The position numbers and the translations under genes were made by a program. Source: Rhizophagus irregularis (lineage: Eukaryota). From it: a stretch of DNA of 64,000 bases. Below the pieces are notes generated by a model. It had not been told where the DNA came from, ran no database searches, and worked only from the letters and a program-made list of their open reading frames with translations. Positions 40,721 to 50,469 of this stretch are shown piece by piece. The DNA lies in contig NC_089432.1 in assembly GCF_026210795.1 (NCBI RefSeq), positions 1,426,001-1,490,000 of the forward strand, in the 5' to 3' direction. Every line of letters starts with the position of its first letter. The first letter of the stretch is position 1.

Positions 40721-41809
40721 GATTCACAATATTGATAATCGCATCTTTATTAATTGTGCAACAAAGATTGGATAATCGATGACTCATGATTAGATTCGCA
40801 GAAAAGATTGGATAATCGATGAATCATCTTTTGAATTATATTATCTAAAAAATTGCAAAATTAATATTTATCAAACTATAAAAAAATGAAGTGGAATTCG
40901 ACTTATGGTATGATAAAATAAAGTTGTGAATTACGAGAAGTAATTTTTTATTATCAATAATAATTATTAATAAAATTTATCTATTTGATTATCTTAATTA
41001 AATGTATTAAAATTTTTATTGCAAAATTAACACACGTAATAAAAAATTGCATATGGTAATTTTTGGGATGATTGTAAAACTCTTAACAATATTATCGTAT
41101 GTTCATTTGCCATTGATGTGTTTTAACAGTGAAGAAATGATTTGTTAGGGAGATTTATTTTTGAAAAAAATTGTGATCTACTTAAACTTCTCAATCATTA
41201 CTTTTCCTCGTCCACTTGCATATGACGATGAATCAATCGAAGTCCGAATCCAAGTTCAATGGAATGTACTTTGATTAAGGAATAAAATTTTTCTAAGAAT
41301 TCGGTAAAGTCAGAATGCTGTTGTAAGATCTTTGAGGAGTCTCAACCTCGGGAAGGTTATTGTATTTATTTAGTGGGACTAAATTTCGTGAGTGTCGTTG
41401 TGATGATAATCATGTAAAGGAATTTTGGTTCTTTATATTTTTGTCAAAATTCAGGCCATTTTCCGGTTTATCCGAATTAAGACTTTCATTCAAACTTGGG
41501 CGTTATCTTATCTGCACAGACAAGGTAAGGTCTGGCGTTCTATTACTTGCCGAAATGATTATCAACTGTGCTTTAGACTTTAGAGCTGATATTGTAGTTT
41601 GAAGGAAATGCTGATGAAATATTGGAAACGAATGTTTCGAATGAGACAATTACGCAGTTGAGGTATAAATATTTTTGGTTGCGGTCGCAACGTAATTGGC
41701 CTTACAAAGAATAATGCTTAAACGAAAAAAAATTACGCATATGCAATTCACTATGCAAAAGTCTGCTATTAAAGATCATACATGTGCAGAGCATTTAAGG
41801 GTTTGAGTT

Positions 41810-42540
41810 TATTCAATGAGACCCAACTCTCGAAGATGATTTGGAATAACTATGTATGGATAATTCTCTTCGCAAAGTTCATTTTTGAGCTGATCACGCA
41901 TCAACTGCTACTCAAAGTCTTCTGTAAAACCACAAGGAAAATTACCAGCACACTGTAAGCATATTTTTATTCGATAAGAGTTGTAGACCATTCATGACCT
42001 TTGGCATAACTCCAAAGCATTGGAGTAGTTGAATTAACATATTCTGAAGACATTTACCACCCCGCTCTTGTGCAATATTTTTGCTAAATCAATAATATTT
42101 CATGGTTTACTGTATTTTCGGACTGGGCACATTTTTGGCCTGGTGTGATATATCTTGAGACTGGGATATATTTTTGATCTGCTATAACACGTTTTCGGAC
42201 TAGTGTACTGCACATTTGACACCAAGTTCCCTTAAGAACATCCTTTGCCGAAGCCTTCCATTTATGACTGCCATTCAAGAGGATTCCGCCAATTAATATA
42301 CTCACTTTGTAAGGCAAAGACCCTCTTTTTCTCTGCAAACTTCTTCATATCTTCAATCGTTCGGCTACGACGATTATCAACTGCACACCATGGGCACCAT
42401 GTTTTTCTATTTTTCACGCAATTGAGGTTTGCAGACCATAAATGATCTTTAGCATATTTCCAAAGTATTAAAGCCTTATTATAGACATATTTTTCGGAAA
42501 GACATTCACCTTCTCTATTACGCGCAATTTCTTTAGATAG
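41810..42540 (-). pseudogene. Zinc-ribbon (treble-clef) repeat / endonuclease-type gene remnant
   Basis: Frameshifted repeats GECLSEKYV..LWKYAKDHLWSANLNCVKNRKTWCPWC, NGSHKWKASAKDVLKGTWCQMC and GGKCL..YVNSTTPMLWSYAKGHEWSTT. C-terminal QLMRDQLKNELCEEN..PYIVIPNHLRELGLIE*. Confidence 0.6.
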
Positions 42541-42809
42541 AATATCTAAAGTTAATTAATATTTTATACCATTTTTTCAAAAGTGTGCGCGTGTAAATGG
42601 TCCCATAATATAAATTTTACCAAGAAAATGTTTTATTAATACAGATAAAAATAAATACAAATTTGGGACGCTAACAAAATAAATACAAAGGCCCGTAACC
42701 TATATATGGTACATACCAAATTTTCTAAGAACTATCTATAGTATCTGATTTTTCCGCAAAACTACTCAATGACCTCACCCTTTTAATTTCTCTCAATTAC
42801 TCACCACTT

Positions 42810-44424
42810 TGAGAATCGTCCAACGGCCTCCTCTAACAACCATACAATATGTCCGAGAACCTTCTCCACCTTAGCCTGTAAATCCTCATCTTTGTATACG
42901 ACGATCACTGGTTCTGATAGGTTAAATGTTGGCTTTTCCTCATTATCTAGCGAACATTCCACAAAGTATCATTCGGAACAATTCCAAACACCCTATCCAC
43001 GCCCTGTCTATTTTCGCCTTGCGTTCACGTGACAAGGTTGACTCCATCTGCATTGACGCCTGGGCGAATCCTTTCATAATATCTTCTTTCTTGGCTTAGA
43101 TTATACCGATGATCCCCCGATTGATACTCTATTGCATAATCGAAATTACTTTGCCCATTTCGACCTCGATAAGTTTTTCAGGTATGAGCTTGAAATTATC
43201 TTTATAGAACGAGACCCCGGAAGCCAGATAGCAGTAAGAATGAATGGACTTCGTTGCCTCGTTTGCCTTATTGAGAGGAGTAACATCCTGACGAAGTTTT
43301 ATTTCTGTCACTAGATGTTCAACCACCGGCTTTGGACTTGTCGCTACTCAGGTCAGCAGAACCACACGAAAAAACAGGAAATACATCAATGCCGGGGTTC
43401 GGATCATTGCTAATGCAATAAAGCTGACACACTTTTGGGAACACCACCCTTAGAAAGCTTTTGATGGGATCCCTACGATCACGGTATGCTTGAGATTATT
43501 TTTTTAACACGAACAGCTGGAGCATTTCACGAAGGTCTTAATCATCCTAGGTGAATATTTTCTGCTGTCATTTAACATGTTAAGTACTGCATCACAGATG
43601 CTTCTAGCCCCTCTCCTGTTCCAACCTCTTCATTCTCGGGTGCTGGCGTCTTGTTATTACCAGCGGTAATGTCCAACTCACTATAAACGAAAAGTTGGTT
43701 GCTCCAACTTTGCAACATATAAGACAACCTTGCTGCTAGAAGTGCATGAACAGGACTAGGCATTTTGTATGCAATGACTTCTCCCTTAACTAAACGAACA
43801 TAGATGTTAAATTTTTTCAGTTCCCTTCCCACGAAACTTGATTTATAGCGCGTATTGAGTTTTAAGGTCTTCGAGGTCGCGTGTTCGATATTTACAGTCC
43901 ACTTGAAACCCTTCGTCCGTTCGGACTAATGACGACGTCAAACTCTGTAATGCAACAACCAGATTAAGACAGTGAGTAATTTGACGTGAAACATCGTTTC
44001 CGGTTAAATTTCGTTTACCTCAGGTAAGGAAAAATACATACCATGTACAGACTTGTTGAGCAATGTCTTAAACGAGGTGAGTTCGTCAATTAATTTCGCA
44101 GGCTCTAAGTGGAAGTCGACACAGGTGGTTCGACTATTACATTAATACATTCTTCGGCCAGTGAGTCAGGAAGTATTTCGAAATCTTTGTCACAAGTAGA
44201 CTTGTATTGTGAGACTGTTCAAGAGATATATGCTATGTAGATATTGGCCGCGATCGTCACGAATTTCCACCTTCCATAGCTTAATGTCTTTAAGAGTCAA
44301 CATTAGCGAAAGTTTGCAGATTTTTTGCCTTTATAGCTTCCTTGAGGTGGCTGACCAACTTTTCCCTATAAATATTAACAGCAGTCGTGTTTCCTTTGAC
44401 GAGATAGAGTAACGTGATAAACAT
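42810..44424 (-). pseudogene. Crinkler (CRN)-family effector pseudogene with Uma2-like and CRN REase-like C-terminal fragments
   Basis: ATG 44424 MFITLLYLVKGNTTA...LVSHLKEAIKAK..F.NVD..DIKLWKVEI...AEECINVIVEPP (CRN ubiquitin-like N-terminus). 43832-43600 VRLVKGEVIAYKMPSPVHA...EVGT (Uma2-like). 43330-42810 KKEDIMKGFAQA..QMES...FVECSLDNEEKPTFNLSEPV...KVEKVLGHIVWLLEEA. Many frameshifts and stops. Confidence 0.75.
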
Positions 44425-44855
44425 TTTCGATTTAAATAGTATTTTTTGCGAAATTTTATTGGTGCAAACTAGGACAAGAGTGAAAAAATTTTATCTGTGG
44501 AAAAAAAATACAAAGTGGGGGTATTTGTGATAAATTCATCTGTCGCACAGATTTGCCTTGTAACTTTTCAAGTCCATTATTTGTCGCACAGCAAAAATAT
44601 CCCGAGCTGCGATAAATTATAAAATAATAGTCAATACTTACTTTTATTTTTCAGATTTCTATTTCGTTTTAGTATATATTATAAATTTATAATTACTAGT
44701 TATAAGATATAAAAGATAGTAAAGAAATATTTTAAAATGTTTTCAGTTCATTATCACGCATAAATAGCCATTTCATGCATTACAATTACGTAAGAAACTA
44801 CAAAAATTATTACATTTTCTTTATTTTAATTCGTATTAGTGCTAGATCTATATTA

Positions 44856-46114
44856 TCAAATCGGAACAATCATTTGTGAAACAGCATTAGATTGTTTTGA
44901 ATGAACGTAATTAGTATCTAATTGAACGTCTTCTGGAATAATTGGATTTAATCGATACAATCGGATAACTACTTGGTTTATTTTCGGGCGTTTATCTAGA
45001 TTATAATCCCAACACTCTGAAAAGAAAAATAATAATTAATTTTTTAATAAATTAAATAATTTTTAAATCGTTAACATATTTTACCAGTAAAAATATTTTT
45101 ATAATCTTCGGGTGTATTAGGAATAATCTCTTCTCTAAGACCACTTATAATATTCAATTTTAAAGAATTTATTTGATTTGCTTTTACTTTTTCAAAAGGT
45201 GGTCGACCGCTTGAAATCTCCCATAAAAGTACACCAATACTATATATATCACTCTTTTTGTTTGAGTGATACGCATAATCATTAAGTTTTTGAGGATCAA
45301 TATAAGGGAGTACACCAAGTATATCCGAGTGTGCTTCAGATACATCTTCAACTCTTCTTGATAATCCAAAATCAGCCAATTTAATGGAATTTTGATGAAC
45401 TAATATGTTTTTGGAATGCTAATAATAAATTAAATAAAATAAATCAAAAATGAAAAAATAATTAATAAAACAATTATAAACGAACCATAAAATTATTCAA
45501 TAAAATAAATTACCAAATCATGGTGTATAATTCCTTCATCATGTAAATATGATACGGCACTAGATAATTGGTATGCCAATTTGAACTTGAATTCCCATGT
45601 AAGATTTTTATTTTTTTCCAAGTATGAACGAAGGGTACCACTATCAGCATACTCCATTACCAATAAATAATTATTTTTTTCTAATATTAAAGGAACAATC
45701 AATTTTTTCATTAATGCATTTACTATTAAGTTGAAAAAATACATATTTTTAAGGATTTATATACCTTGAATTACAGTTCCAAAAAAGTGAATAATATTTT
45801 CATGAAAGCTGACTTTATGATGAATTTTAAACTAAAATATAAATATAATAATATATTAATAAATAATTTAGTATTAAAATATTATTTAAAATTACAGAAG
45901 TTACCTCATTGACGATTTCTTCAATGTTCTCAGCGATATTTAGATTAAATGATTTTAATGCATATTTCACCGCTGAATTTTTCCAATTTGCACAATAAAC
46001 CTTTCCGTAGTAACCAAAAGCAATTTTTTTAATTTCACTAAAATCTTCGTATTCGTAACGTTTAATAAGATTTTTGGAAATTGCATCTTCGATCCAATTA
46101 TTAGCAACTCGCAT
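44856..46114 (-). CDS. TKL-type protein kinase (about 312 aa) without Sel1 repeats
   Basis: Exons 46114-45905, 45831-45765, 45680-45514, 45418-45085, 45016-44856 in frame. Motifs IAFGYYGKVY, YALKSF, HHDL|HSKN, ADFGLS, CWDYNLDKRP. TGA at 44856-44858, where the paralog continues into Sel1 repeats. Confidence 0.85.
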
Positions 46115-46892
46115 TTCGGTGTAATTGTTTATGTTAATAAAATAAAATATACAGAAAAAATGTCCGTTTATATAATTGTTTATATGTAATTGCCAATTAT
46201 CCTATTGGTTTATTAGACTTGTTAGAATGTTCATATTCCTTATCCCACGAATAATTAATAAAATATTACCTGAATTTACATTGATGTACTGTACGGTACG
46301 GCCTCACCCATTTATTTCTAAATAAAAATTTCGGAGTCCTTTTATAAATTTAGGCTGGGTCCCATAGAAGAACAGATTTATGTTTGTACTACCAGTAATT
46401 TCGCTCGTTGATCAAATATATATAAGATGGGGTGCATTTCAAAAGAAAAGATTCGCGACTGCGCGTAATCATTATTTATTTACTCTTTACCTTTCTTAAT
46501 ACAAATTAAATACACTGAGTCCTCTGACTGTTAGTAGCGAATATGCCGTATTAAAGTTGTAATACGTAAGTTGTAATTGACTTTATCCCATCGGTATTAT
46601 GTATACACCGATGGATTTTTTTGTAAATTACTATACCAGTATAAGAAAAGTATAAAAAAGTATAAAATCCATCGGTGTATACGTCGTACACAATGACATA
46701 AGCTTGTTATTCATGGATATCTAATAAATACTCCATATACACCGAGTATTGCAACTATTTCGAGCATTTACACCTATTTCAACAGTTTCACCAATTACGG
46801 CATAAAGTTACGACTTTACTACAGCCTTTACAGTTATTATGACAGACAACACCATAGACAAAGTATTATGTACAGTAAGTACTACTGATCGA

Positions 46893-47161
46893 ATATTGAA
46901 TTCTATCAAAAAGCAGCAGATTTAGGACATAATAAAGCTCAATATAATCTTGCACTTATGTACAAAGATGGAGAAGGTGTAGAAAAAGATTATAATAAGA
47001 CTTTTGAATTTTCTAAACGATCAGCTGAAGGAAAATATTATAGAGGAGTATTACAATTAGGAATTTGTTACTATGAAGGAATTGGCACTAGTGTCAATAA
47101 ACAAAAGGGATATGAATTAATTCAAGAAGCAAAAATTTTAGAAAAAAGGAGAACAAAGTGA
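46893..47161 (+). pseudogene. Orphan 3' fragment of a Sel1-repeat gene
   Basis: IEFYQKAADLGHNKAQYNLALMYKDGEGVEKDY...GICYYEGIGTSVNKQKG..., closely similar to the Sel1 repeats at 33776-35080. No upstream exon identified. Confidence 0.7.
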
Positions 47162-49190
47162 AATATTGAAGAGCAAGTATGATATTTTCGACATTTACTT
47201 CTATTAGATAAAATTTTGTATAATGATAAATAAATCAATATATTTTATTTCAAGAGATAAATAATTTTTTATTTAATCTTAGACTTTTTTTCAGCAAACA
47301 TTATTATATAAAAAAATGCACCCTTTATTCTGTAATGTACAGTTGTACACTCGTTAAACAACATAACAGGGCGAATTTGCCGATCATTGGCTGATCGTTT
47401 ATTTGACGTTATCACCAGTGACTATTTTTTTATATAATGGAAACTTTTACATAAAAATTCTACAGATTACAAGCTAACCTTATTCCAAAAACGTAATATA
47501 CAGTATATTTTTTGCAAAAATCGAAATATTATTCGGATATAAATAGTGATTTAGCATTATTTATAAATCTCATACCATTAATTTCGCAGCAAAAATTTAA
47601 TTTTATTGCACAATTTAGAAATTTAATGGAATTAAATTTTGTGGCATTAATTTATTAAATTTTTAGGAATTAATAGTAGAGAAAAAAATAACTAGAGGGA
47701 GGCGAGATCATGAGAGTGATTGTGACAGCTTAAGTCCTTCAATGGTAGTAGTGGAAACACTAGAAGTTTTTAGGGTGGGGGACTTGTTCACCTCGTACCA
47801 CTTTGAAAGTTCCAGGGAAAACTTATGGTACAACTTATTAATTTCATATTTAATTCGATAATGAAAATCCTGTATTATGAAACGGATTACTGTATTATTT
47901 TTACTATAGATTGATTGTATATAATGTAGGGAATATTTAAGTTTCGCGCGTATTCACCTTCGTTCATCAAATTTTTATCCGATGACCCCATATCAATCAC
48001 ATATGATTTAATTAATATATTTTGTTATATAGGATTTTTATATAATGAATTTCATAAATATTTTACCAAGTTATTTAAAAACGTTCATCATTTTTCGTGA
48101 TCAAAAGAAGCCGTCAGAATCACGTGATAACCATATTACTCAACTACGTGTATATCAAGTTCCCTAATATTTTACACAGTTTGAGTTTAAAATGGCCCAT
48201 TTTTTTTAGATGCACAGATCGAACAACTTCTTCTTTCTCAAATATTTTCACACTTATTTCTCCAAACCATATTTACAAAGTTACGAAGCCTTTTTTTACA
48301 TTTACTAGTAAGTTATTTTGAACTTTTACCTTGAGGTCTGATTTTTTATTATTATTATTATTAATGCAAGAAATGGCCTGTTAATAAAGTCGTAATACTT
48401 AAATCTTTATATTTTTTCTCAAAATACAGAATCGTTAAAGCCGCACATCTAATTGAATATAAATATATAATGGGTAATCACAAATTACATTATAGAAATT
48501 AATTGATATTATTGTCATTATATTTAATTTCATTATTGTAATATTAAAATTTTAACTTACATTGTAAAAAAAACCTTAATTAATAATTTTTATTATAATA
48601 ACTTCATACTTTAGATTTACATAGTTGACGTGGGGTCGTGGGGTGAACTCTTACTTATTAAACCCGTGATTCGACACGCCAAAGATCTGGTGTCACATAA
48701 TCTTTATTGGCTTTTAACGTCATATAACAGTCCATTTCGGAAGAATGCTTCTAAACAATAAAAGTTTTAACACAAGGCAAGAATGATTCAAGGGTACAGT
48801 TTTTTTTTTAATGAATATTTATTGCAGTCAAACAAAAAAACAAGTGAAAATAAAGTCACATTCAGATTGATTTAATATTTTACTTAATTTTATTACCAAA
48901 AATACAGAAAAAATTTTATATAAAATAATAGTACATTAAAAATCCAAGTTAATTAGATTATGCGACGATTGACGTATTTAATAAAATAATAAAGTTTATT
49001 TTGTAATTCAAAAAAATTTACAATTTTTTTTTTAAAAAAGAATTAAAATTCATTGATTTAACAAAGGACCAATAATAACAAACCTAATTATATAAAATGT
49101 TAAACCAAAGAATCCCCATTATTATTAATACATATATTACGCTAAAGTAAAATTTAAAGACGGAAACCAATTATATTGCTATATTGCTCT

Positions 49191-50393
49191 TTATTTGTAA
49201 TCTTTATCATGTTTTTTATTATCATGTTTTTTATTATAGTCATTACCGTAGTCATCGTAGTCATTATAGTCATTGTTATAGTTACCGTAGTCATCGTGGT
49301 CTTTCTTCTTGTCGTTATCATTGGGAGCAGGTGAACGTTTATATTTTTGTTCTTTGTTATCGTGCTTGTCGTAGTCATTATCCTTCTTGTGATCGTAGTC
49401 ATTGTCCTTCTTGTGATCGTAGTCATTATCCTTCTTATAATCGTAGTCATTGTCCTTCTTGTGATCGTAGTCATTGTCCTTCTTGTGATCGTAGTCATTG
49501 TCCTTCTTGTGATCGTAGTCATTGTCCTTCTTGTGATCGTAGTCGTTATCCTTCTTGTGATCGTAATCATCTACATACGGATTATAATAAGGGTTGTAGT
49601 CTTTGACGTACGGGTTATAGTATGGATTATAATCCTTGTTATCTTTGTGATCGTAATCGTCATTTTTCTTCTTGTAATCATCGTTATCATTGGGAGCGGG
49701 TGAACGTCTATGATATTTTTGTTTTTTGTTATCGTGCTTGTCGTAGTCATTATTATCCTTGTGATGATCGTAGTCATTATCCTTGTTCTTGTGATCATAG
49801 TCATCTACATACGGATTATAATAAGGGTTGTAATCTTTGACGTACGGGTTATAGTATGGATTATAATCCTTGTTATCTTTGTGATCGTAATCGTCATTTT
49901 TCTTCTTGTAATCATCGTTATCATTGGGAGCGGGTGAACGTTTATGATATTTTTGTTTTTTGTTATCGTGCTTGTCGTAGTCATTATCCTTCTTGTGATC
50001 ATAGTCATTATCCTTCTTGTGATCGTAGTCATTATCCTTCTTGTGATCGTAGTCATCTACAAACGGATTATAATAAGGGTTGTAATCTTTGACGTACGGG
50101 TTATAATATGGATTATAATCCTTATTATCTTTGTGATCGTAATCGTCATTTTTCTTCTTGTCGTAACCATTGGGAGCGGGAGAACGTTTGAAACGATAAC
50201 CACCATGTTTATTTTTTTGTTTTTTATACTTGTCATCATAATCATTGTCATAATCATTGTGTTTATGATTGTGTTTATGATCGTGTTTGTTGTAATTATC
50301 TACATGTTTATTATCTTTATAATTATTATCATTATTAGCAGAAGTAAAAGCTACCATGGCTAAAAAGCCAAACACGAAAATAGTCGATTTCAT
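49191..50393 (-). CDS. Secreted Kex2-processed repeat-peptide precursor (KEP-like), 400 aa, intronless
   Basis: Signal peptide MKSTIFVFGFLAMVAFTSA. Four KR/RR-SPAP sites at about 50171-50190, 49925-49945, 49691-49712 and 49322-49343. Three units carrying DYNPYYNPYVKDYNPYYNP(Y/F)V plus tandem DYDHKKDN octamers. Confidence 0.9.
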   Translation of the reverse strand: MKSTIFVFGFLAMVAFTSANNDNNYKDNKHVDNYNKHDHKHNHKHNDYDNDYDDKYKKQKNKHGGYRFKRSPAPNGYDKKKNDDYDHKDNKDYNPYYNPYVKDYNPYYNPFVDDYDHKKDNDYDHKKDNDYDHKKDNDYDKHDNKKQKYHKRSPAPNDNDDYKKKNDDYDHKDNKDYNPYYNPYVKDYNPYYNPYVDDYDHKNKDNDYDHHKDNNDYDKHDNKKQKYHRRSPAPNDNDDYKKKNDDYDHKDNKDYNPYYNPYVKDYNPYYNPYVDDYDHKKDNDYDHKKDNDYDHKKDNDYDHKKDNDYDHKKDNDYDYKKDNDYDHKKDNDYDHKKDNDYDKHDNKEQKYKRSPAPNDNDKKKDHDDYGNYNNDYNDYDDYGNDYNKKHDNKKHDKDYK

Positions 50394-50463
50394 TTTTATC
50401 TATTAAACTTTCTTTTTGATAAGAGAAGTGAAGAAACACTGAAAAAGAGGGAATGGAAGGGTA

Positions 50464-50469
50464 TTTATA
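50464..50469 (-). promoter_or_regulatory. Putative TATA box of the repeat-peptide precursor gene
   Basis: TATAAA (context GTATAAATAC) about 70 nt upstream of the ATG, followed by a CT-rich leader on the minus strand. Confidence 0.45.

Noticed and set aside
41200..41640. Moderately GC-rich minus-strand coding-like stretch
   Set aside because: Multiple stops and frameshifts with no recognisable domain; cannot be assigned.
49154..50363. Overlapping Cys/His-rich, Val/Ile-rich and Thr/Arg-rich ORFs in other frames
   Set aside because: Shadow frames of the D/N/K/Y/H repeat gene; only the 400-aa minus frame has a signal peptide and processing sites.
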